Origin: a virus
Length of the DNA: 64,000 nt
Strand: one strand, 5' to 3'
IMG/VR virus record: IMGVR_UViG_3300021961_000076
Coordinates: 4,287 to 68,286 of that record
Part shown: in pieces, positions 25,942 to 36,707 of the stretch
How positions within the stretch are numbered: the stretch's first letter is position 1
Layout of the letters: every line of letters starts with the position of its first letter
Translations under genes and position numbers: made by a program
Notes under the pieces: model-generated
Seen by the model: only the letters and a program-made list of their open reading frames with translations
The model's database searches: none
Told to the model about the DNA's origin: nothing

Positions 25942-26751
25942 TTAGAAGGGTAGATCGTCGTCTTTAAACAAATCGTCAAACTGACTTACAGTGTCTTGCT
26001 TAGGAGCTTGATTCTCCAAAGTAAACGACTGCTTCGGGGCTTGCGTTACAGCAGGTGCTGCTACAACAGGTGCAGGTGCTGCATCATCTCCTTCTTCGTT
26101 ACCAGAAAGCCAGCCTTCAAGCTGCTTCTTAACGAAGTTAAAGTCGTACTTAGTAAAGCACTTCAAAGGATCTGGTTGGTTTTTCAACCAAGTATCTACG
26201 TGAGTGTTATTCTCACTCAAAGTAGACTGCTTAGGCTTGATACGAACTGCAGTCTGAGGATATGGATTACCTTGAGTAACTTCTACTACTACGTCGAAGC
26301 CGTTCATTACATCGGTAAAATCACCTACATCTTCGTCAGCAGCTAATTGAAGCAAGGTATTATAAACCTGCTTACCAAAGCCCCATAGACGTACTCCTTT
26401 GTCTTCTTCACCACGAACAACTACAGGTGCGAATACACGCATCTTAGGTGCAAGCTTACCAGATAGTGACCAGTTGTCACGATCAGAAGTCTTACGAAGT
26501 TCATTAACGAAATCTACAACAGGGTCTTGCTCACCGAAGTTTGAGAGAGCAATCATCGGATACTTTCCGATGCCATAGTGGAAGTACAATTCACTGAAAG
26601 GATAGTCAGGGTTGTACATTGAAGGAACTACACGAATCTGATGCTTACCTACGCTAGGCTTCCAAAAGACTGCCTCGTAGTCGATCTTCTCGCGTTCCGG
26701 TCGATTACTTGACATTGCGTCAAGCTTCTGCTTAATTGCGGATAAATCCAT
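25942..26751 (-). CDS. ssDNA-binding protein (gp32-like)
   Basis: FWKP...IRVVP, YFHY, acidic tail ending DDDLPF; next to the recombinase. Confidence 0.85.
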   Translation of the reverse strand: MDLSAIKQKLDAMSSNRPEREKIDYEAVFWKPSVGKHQIRVVPSMYNPDYPFSELYFHYGIGKYPMIALSNFGEQDPVVDFVNELRKTSDRDNWSLSGKLAPKMRVFAPVVVRGEEDKGVRLWGFGKQVYNTLLQLAADEDVGDFTDVMNGFDVVVEVTQGNPYPQTAVRIKPKQSTLSENNTHVDTWLKNQPDPLKCFTKYDFNFVKKQLEGWLSGNEEGDDAAPAPVVAAPAVTQAPKQSFTLENQAPKQDTVSQFDDLFKDDDLPF

Positions 26752-26799
26752 AATAAAACTAATTTAAGATAACTGATTAAAAAAATATGTTTTCGTATA

Positions 26800-26830
26800 C
26801 AATATACGAACTTGTTCTCTAAGATACAAC
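26800..26830 (-). promoter_or_regulatory. Early-type promoter of the replication operon
   Basis: Minus strand GTTG-N-GTTCGTATATTG. Confidence 0.6.
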
Positions 26831-27286
26831 TTAAAGTTCAATAATTTTATGAAGGCGGGTGTTGATACGCTTAAGTTCTGTACCGCGAGTGAGTAGTATA
26901 CAGTTACGATAGTCATTCCAATCTACTCTATAGTTAGGGTCAGCATGACCTCCGTTTAACTCTTTGATGAGAGTGTTAAGAGCGTTAATTGTGTAAAGCG
27001 TATTAGATTCTTTCTTGCGATGTACAAGAATAGTGTTATCCAGGAAGTTGGCTACATTACCAAAGTCCACGTTATAAGTACATACGTACTCATCATTGCT
27101 TTTAGCATGAAGAACAAAGATCTTATTGTACATAATATCGTACTTACCTTTGATCGTCTCTACTAAATTGTCTATATTATCTTCTGTCGTAAAAGTACAG
27201 AATAGTTTATTACTCATATCGTCATTCCAAATTGTGGTATCTGTGACGAAGTCATAACCAAATATTGGCATTGTATCAACTTCCAT
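26831..27286 (-). CDS. Hypothetical phage protein (true start probably downstream of 27286)
   Basis: KLFCTF, CTYNV, HRKKESNTLYTINALN; the CTATTTATA motif abuts the annotated ATG. Confidence 0.7.
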   Translation of the reverse strand: MEVDTMPIFGYDFVTDTTIWNDDMSNKLFCTFTTEDNIDNLVETIKGKYDIMYNKIFVLHAKSNDEYVCTYNVDFGNVANFLDNTILVHRKKESNTLYTINALNTLIKELNGGHADPNYRVDWNDYRNCILLTRGTELKRINTRLHKIIEL

Positions 27287-27301
27287 TATAAATAGAATTT
27301 A

Positions 27302-28642
27302 CTAGTCTAAAACTAAATTATTACTGTATTTGAATTTAACAGGGTATCTCCCTTGTGTTTCTAAGATTTTCTTTAAGTCTTCTAAGGTTTCTTTACCATC
27401 CTCAAGGTAGAAATCAAATAGGATAGCATCATAAGTATATAACGTAACCTTTGTTTTCTTAGCTCTTAGATAGCTCAGCACTTCTTTTAATATAAGAACG
27501 TTTCTTGAGGTCTCCAACGATTGAATCACATAATTGAATAATTTTTGCGGATTCATATCTTTTAACGTAGAGTAGAAGGGCTTTTGTGAGATAGGAGCAT
27601 AGACTACACCATTCTCTACGTACTCCTTCCATAATTTATTAATATACTCAGCTACCTTATCAAAGAATTCAATATGACGATACTTATCCGGCACTCCTCC
27701 GTACATAATCTGGAAAGTAGTCTGTTTGGACTGTTTATACTCCTCTTCAGTTAAGGTTTCTTTGTCAAAGTACATCCTTCCTAGCTGAGTATGTACACTT
27801 TCAGGTGTAAACTCGTAGCCGACTACCTCTCCAATGAGTCTTATATGGTAGCCATCAAAGTCAAACTCTACAAACTTGTCTCCTTTTGGGATGAAGCACT
27901 TTCGGTACTCCTCCTTCTTGGGGATTGCAGCATAGTTGACAGAATTAAAGGCAGAAGTAGGACGGCTAGTGGGATTATAGAGATTGTAATTAGTATAAGC
28001 AATATTATTCGCAATACTAAAGCGAGGATTTGCAGGGGTAAACTTCTCCAGAAACTGTTCATACGTTACTCTTATACCTGATTGTTCAGATAAATAGAAG
28101 ACTCCCATGGCTAGGTTGTTGTAGAACTTCCAGGCCGGCAAGTCTAGTATATATTTACTATCCTCTATAACATCTAACAGGCTTCTATAGTTTCTCTCGC
28201 ACTTCTCAAAAAGTTTAGGTAGAGGGATAATAGAATTAAGATCTTCTTTATCCTGTAGTCTATTATAAAACCACTGTATGGTCTGAGGAGGGTCTGGAAG
28301 CTGTAAGCTTTCATACTCTCTCATAGAGTACATTAGGTTGATATCATTGATATTACCGTGAGAGAAATGATATAAGAACGTCTTCTTGTTAAACGTATAC
28401 AGTGTATCAAAGCAATTTAGGATGCTCTGTATGCGATCTTTAGTTACATTAAGTCCTTCGGTGTGATTTACTGGAATAATGTATCCCTCATGGTAGCCGA
28501 TAGGGCGTATATAAGCAGCCACAGTCCCAGTAAGTAGACTATGATAACGGTCATTCCCCGAAATAATCTCAACGTACGCTTCATTTCGTCCTAATGCACA
28601 TAAATAATTTAGCTGTTCGTCGCTTTCAACGATATAAAACAT
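27302..28642 (-). CDS. Second, divergent family-A polymerase-like protein
   Basis: TSRPTS..N.AAIPK..R..F, motif A EFDFDGYHIRL, motif B K..TFQIMYG, FNYVIQS, motif C YDAILF; degenerate N-terminal exonuclease-like region. Confidence 0.8.
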   Translation of the reverse strand: MFYIVESDEQLNYLCALGRNEAYVEIISGNDRYHSLLTGTVAAYIRPIGYHEGYIIPVNHTEGLNVTKDRIQSILNCFDTLYTFNKKTFLYHFSHGNINDINLMYSMREYESLQLPDPPQTIQWFYNRLQDKEDLNSIIPLPKLFEKCERNYRSLLDVIEDSKYILDLPAWKFYNNLAMGVFYLSEQSGIRVTYEQFLEKFTPANPRFSIANNIAYTNYNLYNPTSRPTSAFNSVNYAAIPKKEEYRKCFIPKGDKFVEFDFDGYHIRLIGEVVGYEFTPESVHTQLGRMYFDKETLTEEEYKQSKQTTFQIMYGGVPDKYRHIEFFDKVAEYINKLWKEYVENGVVYAPISQKPFYSTLKDMNPQKLFNYVIQSLETSRNVLILKEVLSYLRAKKTKVTLYTYDAILFDFYLEDGKETLEDLKKILETQGRYPVKFKYSNNLVLD

Positions 28643-28664
28643 AACTCATTAATATAACCTTTCA

Positions 28665-28695
28665 TAATATACGAACTTATTTTCATTTTACAAAC
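28665..28695 (-). promoter_or_regulatory. Early-type promoter for the second PolA
   Basis: Minus strand GTTTG-N-GTTCGTATATTA. Confidence 0.6.
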
Positions 28696-29240
28696 TGAGC
28701 AGGATCTTTTAAGTAAGAGCTAATACCTGGGAGTCTTTTTTCTGCTAACTGCATAACTGTACGGTTACTTCCTATATTGCGTAAGCTCCAACTTAAAGCT
28801 AACAGTTCATATTTAGGGTAGTAGTACTTGATTTCTTTTTTACTAATTGATTCGTAGACGTCTTTACGAACTTCTAAGATTCTTCCAATAGTTTTATCTC
28901 TAAGAAAGTATCTTAGTAATTCTCCCTTAGTGTAGTTTTCTTGTGAAGGCACAGGGTAGTATATATTTACAGGTTCTGTAACGCGTAGTTTAAGAGCTTC
29001 TACATCTTGTCTTATAATATCGTACTGTTCAGGTGTAATCAGTACTGGGGGCTGTTCAGAGACGGTTTCATTAAAGACTAACTTCTGGGCTCCTTTCTGT
29101 AACGGGGAAGTACCTGTGTATATTTCTCCACTAAATGTTTCAAAATAAGGACCGGTATAAGGTTCTCTTGTACTCTCAATCAGCAGACTATTTCCTGCTG
29201 TCTGTAGACCTGTTTTATATTTGCTTTTGGGTAAATACAT
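28683..29240 (-). CDS. Hypothetical protein, last gene of the baseplate operon
   Basis: Starts MYLPKSKY; YTGPYF and YYP.P...Y..G...RYF motifs; position. Confidence 0.6.
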   Translation of the reverse strand: MYLPKSKYKTGLQTAGNSLLIESTREPYTGPYFETFSGEIYTGTSPLQKGAQKLVFNETVSEQPPVLITPEQYDIIRQDVEALKLRVTEPVNIYYPVPSQENYTKGELLRYFLRDKTIGRILEVRKDVYESISKKEIKYYYPKYELLALSWSLRNIGSNRTVMQLAEKRLPGISSYLKDPAQFVK

Positions 29241-29241
29241 G

Positions 29242-32200
29242 TTAAGCGAATTGTTCAGCAGCAAGAGTATACGTCGGTTTGAAATTCTCTAATACATATG
29301 CATCATATTCTGCCTGAGATGGGTACTTATCTTTTAATCCTTGGTAATTATTTCTCCAGTGTGCTCGAGCTCCGAATCCATTCCATTTTTCGTACCAAAC
29401 TTTAGCACATTCTTCAGCATTAGTAGCTCTATCGAATCCTTTGTCTGTAAAATCTTTAACTTTTTGCGCCATAAATTTCTCAAGTGATACAAAACTTACA
29501 AAAGCTTTTTTTAGACCTGTACCGCCTTCTGTTGCATAAGTAAATCCATTAGATATATTCTCACCAAAAGTTGTAAAACTCCAACCACCACTGGTTATAT
29601 CGTAGCCGCCAAAGTTGTAGTTAAATCCTTTTATAGTTTTATTACTACCGCCTTGTTCTCTAATCATTACCGCTAGAACTGCTTTTCGAAGATTCACGTT
29701 AGTGGTTGCAGCTTTGACTGCTGTTACCGCTTGAGCATATGTAATAGTTGTTTGCTTAAATTCCTGTTCTTTTCCTTCCCAGCCTTTATCTAAGTTCTTA
29801 CGCGGGTCAACATCACCTACTGGAGGAGGGGATAAAGATTGCTCTGCATCTTTGATAATTGGAGCACCTGCTCTACCTTTGTCATTAGTGTTGTAGATCT
29901 GAGCTTTTACTGTGGTTGTCCATCCACCTGTTGAAACAGCTTGCTGTATACCTGTAACAATAAATCCGATTCCGTTCTTAGAATTAGCTTTGTAACTATC
30001 TGGTATAATACTGTCAAGTATCTTAAAGCTTTCCATTACATTAAATCCGCTTATACCGTCTACAGTTATGCTGAGTTCGTAAGGTATAATAAATCCAAAG
30101 TCTTGTCCTCCTTGAATCTGCTCTACTAACTGTCTTTGGCAGAAAGTAGCATACTGTGGTATTACAGACTCAACTGCTCTCCTGTAGTAGTAGCTTGCAG
30201 TACCTCCTTCAGGGTAGGTAGCTCGTAAATAATCAAATACGTCTGCGTAATCTTTTAGTTTAGCTTCTTTATCTGCTTTAGCTGTTGCTGCTTCGGCAGC
30301 GACAATCTGTCTACGAGTAACATCGTCTACCTTTTGCTCAATAAACCTATCTTTTAAGTTCTTATTAAAGTATTTCCAAGCGGTTCCTTCTATTCCATTA
30401 GATTCAGGATTAGCTTGAGCGGCGATTGCTAATTGAGCTCCGATTGCTGGGCTGAGTTTGCTTGTTAGGTTTAGGTTTCTAACAAAGCTATTCTTACCAA
30501 ATATACTAAACGTTGCGTACTCATTTTTAAAAGCATCGGGATCTAAAATTTCTCTATCAACAACGTGGAAGGTATTGTCCAGTTCAAAGTATTGAAGTTC
30601 GAAACTGTTAAAGTTACCAATAGCTATTACAATATCCTTAAGTATAGTGTCTATTAAATCATATAAACGTACTTGACCGCTACTATAAAAACTTTCTACT
30701 ACGTCTCCAATGTAATCGATTTCAACAAATATACTTAGTATATCTACAGCACCCTGTTCTGGTGGGAGTAGGCATTTACTTGTATCCACGGAGTAGTGGA
30801 AGGCTTTTAGGGTTTTAATAAAATGCGTTACGCTCTTTTTGGTATGAAACTTAAAGAGCTCTTCTCCTTTTGCTCCATCTCTTGGTAAAAGAGTGTTTAA
30901 AGTATCTAGTAAGAACCCTAACTGTATGTAACTATAGTAGATTAGCTCTGTAGAGTCAGTTCCTTCTCCGGTTTTAATTGTAACGGATTTAGACCGTAAA
31001 GTTCTATACTCACTAGGTACTTTGTAGTACTTCATGTCGGCATCTTGCAAAGTATGTACTCCGTTACGTTTTACTTCACTTGCGGGCCTATCTTGAGATA
31101 TTTTGTATTTTGCCTGGTGTAGTATGTAGTGTATACGTGACTGTAGAGGTTCTTTATCCGTAGCTATAATTTCAAAAATGTCGACCGGTTCCTGTTCTGG
31201 TACTTTATCTTCTGGTTTTTCTTGGGTCTCGCTTGCACTTGCTCCTACGTCTACGGTAAACTCAAAATCAATAGGTGTAAGAGTGTATACATACTCATGT
31301 ACAGCTGCCTGATACTCTACGTCTCCTAGTTTCATCCTCCTTAGAGTCTCTATCTGGTTTGCTTGGAGTTTAAGTTGAAAGTTTCCCCCTGATGTTTCTG
31401 CAAATAACATCGCTGACTCTATTGGTAGACGGTAGTAAGTTTCTGATGCTAGTCTAAGTTTATTACTTACAGCGGTACCTCCACGTAACGATATAGGCTG
31501 TATTCCTCCTTTTCCGTTATCCTGTTTTGCTTGGGATAGTGCGCCGGTATGATCTACTATAATTAGTTCATCATTTTTTACGTTATAGTAGATCGGAGGG
31601 GTTATAATTCTAATAGTAGGTGCTGGTGAATTTTTTACTCCAATCAGTCGGAAAGATTTTTCATCACTGTACCACACATTTCCGGTCTTTGTGAAGTTAC
31701 CAGGGGATGCTTCAGTCACACCAGATATTTGATCGTATGCTGCTTTATATCCGTAGAGTTTTATACCGCGAGTTTGACTTGCTAGTTTGTTATCTAGAAG
31801 GTATTGTTTAAACCCGGCAAGTTCTGTAAGGTACTCTTCTACCAGTTTAGCTAGTTGAAGATCTGATTCAGTTGTAGGTTTATCGGGGTTAATTACTTCA
31901 GTTACAGTACCGCCTTCATTTTCAATCTCTTGCTCCTCTCTTAACTTTGTAATGATATTACTACGTTCAATTTCTGCAGCAAATTTACTATACGCTTGTA
32001 TTTCACTGTTAGTAACCGCTACGTTAATGTTGAGAGATTCAAGCGTAGATCCAATAGAAACAATATCTACACTACAGGCATACGTACCGTCTTGCTGTAT
32101 ACTCCAGCTAAAGTTCTTAATCAGCCCGTACATCCCATCGTAGTTGTAATTATACTCTTTACGTAGGGCGTCAATCTTACCGTATAGTTCTGTTTTAGTC

Positions 32201-32715
32201 TTAGGGCTACCTTCTCCTTTAAAGAAATCAATAAGGGTTGGAATATCTTTTACTTTATATGCAGATGTTTTAGCATCTAAGTACTTAGAATGTCCCCATT
32301 CCAGTAGTGCGGAGTAGCCCGGACGCATAAATAACTGCTCATAGATATTAAGCTGCTCAACTGAATGTATAATAAACTGAACTGTAGCTGTTCTTAAACT
32401 ACCGTACCTGTTGTGGGTATTTAGGTTCATTGAAGTGATACCTGGTTTAGGTCTAATTCCTAAACTTGTGTCCTGATATCCAGCTACTTCGCTTGAACCT
32501 GCTAAATTGATTCCGTTAGTAAGTATATTAAGCCTTGCTAACTCATCAGAGCTACCTACATTAATTGCTGAGGTTAGTTTTATCCACGGCATTTTTTGCA
32601 GAAAAAAGCTATAGTCGCCTTCGACAACTCTATCAGAATTGCCGAGAATCTTTTGGCGAGCTTCTACCTGCTTTACTAATAAGCTATCAATAGGTTTACC
32701 TAAAACAAAACTCAT
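29242..32715 (-). CDS. Baseplate hub-like protein with a C-terminal lysozyme-fold domain
   Basis: PGITS...GSLR.ATV.F, LFMRPG.S.LLEWG, NFSWS; C-terminal LAVMIREQG...NYNFGG; position after the tape measure and LysM-like genes. Confidence 0.65.
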   Translation of the reverse strand: MSFVLGKPIDSLLVKQVEARQKILGNSDRVVEGDYSFFLQKMPWIKLTSAINVGSSDELARLNILTNGINLAGSSEVAGYQDTSLGIRPKPGITSMNLNTHNRYGSLRTATVQFIIHSVEQLNIYEQLFMRPGYSALLEWGHSKYLDAKTSAYKVKDIPTLIDFFKGEGSPKTKTELYGKIDALRKEYNYNYDGMYGLIKNFSWSIQQDGTYACSVDIVSIGSTLESLNINVAVTNSEIQAYSKFAAEIERSNIITKLREEQEIENEGGTVTEVINPDKPTTESDLQLAKLVEEYLTELAGFKQYLLDNKLASQTRGIKLYGYKAAYDQISGVTEASPGNFTKTGNVWYSDEKSFRLIGVKNSPAPTIRIITPPIYYNVKNDELIIVDHTGALSQAKQDNGKGGIQPISLRGGTAVSNKLRLASETYYRLPIESAMLFAETSGGNFQLKLQANQIETLRRMKLGDVEYQAAVHEYVYTLTPIDFEFTVDVGASASETQEKPEDKVPEQEPVDIFEIIATDKEPLQSRIHYILHQAKYKISQDRPASEVKRNGVHTLQDADMKYYKVPSEYRTLRSKSVTIKTGEGTDSTELIYYSYIQLGFLLDTLNTLLPRDGAKGEELFKFHTKKSVTHFIKTLKAFHYSVDTSKCLLPPEQGAVDILSIFVEIDYIGDVVESFYSSGQVRLYDLIDTILKDIVIAIGNFNSFELQYFELDNTFHVVDREILDPDAFKNEYATFSIFGKNSFVRNLNLTSKLSPAIGAQLAIAAQANPESNGIEGTAWKYFNKNLKDRFIEQKVDDVTRRQIVAAEAATAKADKEAKLKDYADVFDYLRATYPEGGTASYYYRRAVESVIPQYATFCQRQLVEQIQGGQDFGFIIPYELSITVDGISGFNVMESFKILDSIIPDSYKANSKNGIGFIVTGIQQAVSTGGWTTTVKAQIYNTNDKGRAGAPIIKDAEQSLSPPPVGDVDPRKNLDKGWEGKEQEFKQTTITYAQAVTAVKAATTNVNLRKAVLAVMIREQGGSNKTIKGFNYNFGGYDITSGGWSFTTFGENISNGFTYATEGGTGLKKAFVSFVSLEKFMAQKVKDFTDKGFDRATNAEECAKVWYEKWNGFGARAHWRNNYQGLKDKYPSQAEYDAYVLENFKPTYTLAAEQFA

Positions 32716-33014
32716 CTGTTAGCGTTTTCGTTATCTATTGCTGTTAATACTCTGGATAGCGGCATTGGAATTCTTATCTGGTACCCTGGTTCAATGAATA
32801 AAGTATCTCTACGCACGGTAGGATTAGCAGCTGCAATAATATACCATAGAGAGGAATCTCTATAAAATTGATTAGCTAAAATATCAAAACGGTCTCCTAC
32901 TGTTGTAATTACATAGTAGTCTTCTGGTGATGCTTCTACATCCTTATACACGGTAGTTCCTCTTAGAGGTTGTCCTTCACGTATAACAGTGCTTATTTTA
33001 TCGTACCTGCTCAT
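32712..33014 (-). CDS. LysM/tail-X-like baseplate protein
   Basis: GDRFDILANQFY.DSSLWYIIA.AN...G.QIRIP. Confidence 0.8.
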   Translation of the reverse strand: MSRYDKISTVIREGQPLRGTTVYKDVEASPEDYYVITTVGDRFDILANQFYRDSSLWYIIAAANPTVRRDTLFIEPGYQIRIPMPLSRVLTAIDNENANR

Positions 33015-33022
33015 TAATATTA

Positions 33023-34087
33023 TTATTTAAAGGCCGGTAAGCCGTTTGCAATAAAAGGTAATTCAAAATCTGTACTATCTCCTGTGAATCTTTGAGGTAG
33101 CTTATAATGAATAATATTCATAGAAATCTGCAATTTAATAACTTGAGGTAGTAGTACAGGTACATCATCTTTCTCATTACTTGACCACGGTACATCTACT
33201 TCCACAGTGTCTGCAATGCTTGTAATAACTCCATACTGGGATAGATAATCTCCTATTCTAATAGCTGTAACAGTACCTTGTGGTAGGTTGTCAACGTATT
33301 TAGGGTATGTATGTGATATTAACGAATTCACTTTTTGATATGCAGCGTGTTGTTCAGCTTCACTAAAGATAGGAACTGTTAACCCAAAAGACAACGTTCT
33401 GCCGGTATTTGTGTAAGTATAGAGAGGTTCTCCTCTACCTACATACTGTACAGTAGTCCAGCTAGGATTAAAACTATTTGAAATTCCTTGTATAAAACCT
33501 CTAAAAAGTAATGTTGAATTAGTTTCACCTACTATTCGAAAGACAACCGGCAGTGACTCTTTCTTAAGTAGTTCTTGTACATTACTACTGATTCCAACGG
33601 TACCTATTTCATCAGAAGTACCTGCTCCTGCGAATCCTTGCTCATCCCAGGTTTGAGCTCCTTTCATTCGTTTATTATTCTTACTAATAAACACCTTACC
33701 GGAGTACTTAGCCTCTGAAGCAGCATTAGTAGAATTAATATAGGTAACGTATTCTCTTCTTAGTAAAGCTGCTACTTCGTTTGCCGCAAAATGGGTGCCG
33801 GTTCCTGAGACTGGTACCTGAGCTAAGATAGCTGCTAAAGCTGAAGCGTATCCAACTGCTCCATTTTGAGCTGACTTTAGTAGATCTTGCCTACCTTGTC
33901 CAGTAGCAAAAGATGCTTTATTTAAAGTATCTGCTGTTTCAGAAGCTCTTAAGATAGTCTGATTGATTGCAAAGTTAGCTCCGGTAGTAGTTAACGGATT
34001 AAGAATTTTAGCAATTCTAATCGTATCATCTCTACGAGCTCTAGTCTGTAGAGTTAGGTTATCTTTAAAATCTCGAATTAGTGGCAT
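33023..34087 (-). CDS. Tail tube initiator/baseplate protein
   Basis: FRGFI..IS.SF.PSW..VQYVGRGEP.Y.Y..T.R.LSF; directly after the tape measure gene. Confidence 0.6.
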   Translation of the reverse strand: MPLIRDFKDNLTLQTRARRDDTIRIAKILNPLTTTGANFAINQTILRASETADTLNKASFATGQGRQDLLKSAQNGAVGYASALAAILAQVPVSGTGTHFAANEVAALLRREYVTYINSTNAASEAKYSGKVFISKNNKRMKGAQTWDEQGFAGAGTSDEIGTVGISSNVQELLKKESLPVVFRIVGETNSTLLFRGFIQGISNSFNPSWTTVQYVGRGEPLYTYTNTGRTLSFGLTVPIFSEAEQHAAYQKVNSLISHTYPKYVDNLPQGTVTAIRIGDYLSQYGVITSIADTVEVDVPWSSNEKDDVPVLLPQVIKLQISMNIIHYKLPQRFTGDSTDFELPFIANGLPAFK

Positions 34088-36384
34088 TAGATTGCGTAGT
34101 TATTTCCTGAGGCTAATCCTAACCCCACCTGGTTACTGTCCATATAAATTCTAGCTTCTTTTTCTGCTAACTTACGTAGAGCATCTTCTTGTTTTTTGTT
34201 TTGCTCTTCTTCTCTTCTCTTACGCTCTTCTTCTCTTTGTTCAGCGCCTCTTTCAGATGCCTCTAATGCTCCAGAAAGCAATCCGATTGCTCCTCCAACA
34301 ATAGCACCTGCTGCTGTACCAATACCCGGTACGATAGATCCTATAGCAGCTCCGTATAATGCTCCTTGACCAGCTCCTGATACTACATCTGTAGTTTTTG
34401 CAGCTGCTATGTTACCTTCCTCTTCAAATTCGTCGGCAAAGTAATTACCTCCCATTTGAACTAAAGCTCCTCCGAGAGCAAAACCGCCTGCTCTCATCAT
34501 ATTACCTTTACTGAGGTTGAGCATCTTACCTGCAGAACCAGGCGTTCCGCCTCCGGCTCCTCCTAATCCAACTTCTTTAGTGAACATTGGGGTTAACGGA
34601 GTTGCACCTTTAAGTCCTCCTAAGAGTGACTTACCTAGAGCAACTACAGCCATTCCAGTACCTCCCATACCCATCACAAACTTAGTAATAGGGCTAGAAG
34701 CTAGACTTGAGATGAAGTCAGCAATCTTGTCTATAGTACCACTTTCGTCTAATTCAGCAAAGAAGTCTGCAAATGCTCCTTGAAGTTTAATTACAACATC
34801 TTCAAACTTTTTAGTTGCATCAGCTTGCTCCTGTACCTGTCTTAATGCTTCACCTATCGATAATTCTTCATTACGAGCTTTAGCAGCATCTACTAATGCT
34901 TGAGCATTTTGTAACTGTTCGTCAGAAGCTGCTTTAGCTCTATCTCCTAACTTATTAATCATGTCCTGCCTTAAAAGGACTGTACCCATTTGATCAGCAG
35001 TCATACCTAAAGCTTTCGCAATAGATTCACGCTGGATAACGGACATGTTTTGGAAGTCGTTTAGTGTACCTACCTCACGGTTAAGTTCTCTCATTAGAGT
35101 TACATCGTCACCTCTTAGCGATGCTAAACGAGCTTGTTCTAAATTAAGATCTTTACCAGTTAGTACTTCTGCTTCTAGTTCATCTGAGATAGATTGTTCG
35201 AAGTTAAGAAGTTGATTTGCAGTGTTTCTTATTTGCTCGAAAGACATTCCTAGCTTTTCAGCCATTACAATGCCTTCTGCTAAAGCTTTTGGACTATTCC
35301 TGAAGTTGAGTAATGTTGTAGTAGAGAGACCTTTAATCTTCTCCATTATTTGACTCAACGGCATATGGACTTTTAGGTTCTGTCCTGCCTCATTAGCAGC
35401 AGACGCCAGACTTGAAGCATATTCACTAGAACTTACTCCTAAGTTCATAGAAAGCTGCTCTACTTTTGCAGCAGCTTCTGCTGATGCTCCTAAGTATTCT
35501 GTATTTCTTATGAAGTTTTTAGTTGCATCGCCACTAAACTCTACCGATACTCCGAGAGACTTATTAAGTTCTCCATTAGCTTTTACTAACTTAATAGTAG
35601 CGATTCTAGCGTCTTCAGAATTTTCTGCTACTTCTCTAAAGCGGTTAGCCATTTCTCGGCCACCTTGCATCCCAATACCGAGCTGCTTATTAAAGTCCCC
35701 AGCTACTGTACTAGCAGTAAATAGAGACTTAATTATAGCTGCGGGACCTATGAGTTTTGCAAACTCTCCTGCTGCTACTGCAGCACCTTTGAGATTTGCT
35801 TGTAACTTACTAGCTCCGTTCTCAGCTGCGTCTTTTGCAGAGGCTGCTGCTTTTTCAAATGGTGCGCTTAACGTTCGACCGAGTACGGGTATTGAACCTA
35901 ATGCATCTGCAAGTTTTTGAAATCCTTTGCCTGCTTCTACTACTTTTTTAGATTGATCAGCAACTGCTTCCATTCCTTTAGCTGATGCTTTGACTGTTTG
36001 TTCAAAATCAAGAAGAGTCTCTAAGGTCTTCATTATAGCCTTAGTTTCGTCTTCAGTAGCAGTTTTTACTTTTTCTAAAAGAATGATTCTTTGAACTTCA
36101 GTCTTAAGGAGAGCTTTTTTAATTTTATTGTTAGATTCGATTATTTTTTCATAATCTCTTTCACTCTCAATATTTTTATTTAGCTCATCAGCAATACTCT
36201 GGTATGCCTTCTTAGTCTCGGTAATATTACGACGGGCACGAGTACTTATACCGTCTGTGGCTTGCGCCAAACCGGCAAGCTGCTTAGACATACTTGCAAT
36301 CTGTGAAGCGGTTTGTTCTGCTTCAACAGCCATTTGTTTTGCGTCTAAGTTTCCTAAAGGTATTCTTTGTGGATCGTCGGCCAT
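34087..36384 (-). CDS. Tape measure protein
   Basis: 765 aa, Ala/Lys/Glu-rich helical, Gly-rich hydrophobic C-terminal segments; follows the chaperone genes. Confidence 0.8.
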   Translation of the reverse strand: MADDPQRIPLGNLDAKQMAVEAEQTASQIASMSKQLAGLAQATDGISTRARRNITETKKAYQSIADELNKNIESERDYEKIIESNNKIKKALLKTEVQRIILLEKVKTATEDETKAIMKTLETLLDFEQTVKASAKGMEAVADQSKKVVEAGKGFQKLADALGSIPVLGRTLSAPFEKAAASAKDAAENGASKLQANLKGAAVAAGEFAKLIGPAAIIKSLFTASTVAGDFNKQLGIGMQGGREMANRFREVAENSEDARIATIKLVKANGELNKSLGVSVEFSGDATKNFIRNTEYLGASAEAAAKVEQLSMNLGVSSSEYASSLASAANEAGQNLKVHMPLSQIMEKIKGLSTTTLLNFRNSPKALAEGIVMAEKLGMSFEQIRNTANQLLNFEQSISDELEAEVLTGKDLNLEQARLASLRGDDVTLMRELNREVGTLNDFQNMSVIQRESIAKALGMTADQMGTVLLRQDMINKLGDRAKAASDEQLQNAQALVDAAKARNEELSIGEALRQVQEQADATKKFEDVVIKLQGAFADFFAELDESGTIDKIADFISSLASSPITKFVMGMGGTGMAVVALGKSLLGGLKGATPLTPMFTKEVGLGGAGGGTPGSAGKMLNLSKGNMMRAGGFALGGALVQMGGNYFADEFEEEGNIAAAKTTDVVSGAGQGALYGAAIGSIVPGIGTAAGAIVGGAIGLLSGALEASERGAEQREEERKRREEEQNKKQEDALRKLAEKEARIYMDSNQVGLGLASGNNYAI

Positions 36385-36410
36385 ACGTAGTTACAATATA
36401 TTATAAATAG

Positions 36411-36434
36411 GAAAGCCTCTATTTTGTAGAGGCC
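36411..36434 (-). terminator. Terminator followed directly by a late-type promoter motif
   Basis: GCCTCTA-CAAAA-TAGAGGC-TTTC, then CTATTTATA (36402-36410). Confidence 0.55.
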
Positions 36435-36707
36435 TTCGTAGTATAAGTTGGTTTAGGTATTGGAGGACGTACTAGACTACTGTTTTGAGGGGTTGCTTGC
36501 TGGATACCTTGGGCTTTTCTTTGAGCTTCTTCCTGGGCTTCTCTCTGCTTATCGTAGTATTCTTTAATGGATTGTGCAGTAAACTTTCTTAACCATATAG
36601 GCATATTGTAAACTGTCTGCCAATCGTATCCTCCGTTACCATGAAATACTATTTCATGTACCTGATTAAATACTTGGGTTCTATACTCACGCGTCAGGCC
36701 AAAAAAA
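36419..36707 (-). CDS. Frameshift extension of the tail assembly chaperone (gpT-like)
   Basis: Frame is open from the T7 run: FGLTREYRTQVFNQVHEIVFHGNGGYDWQTVYNMPIWLRK...; the track ORF 36419-36604 is its distal part. Confidence 0.7.

Noticed and set aside
27302-28642. Second polA as a pseudogene or split-gene fragment
   Set aside because: The ORF is intact with its own promoter and both catalytic Asp residues, and the other polA is complete
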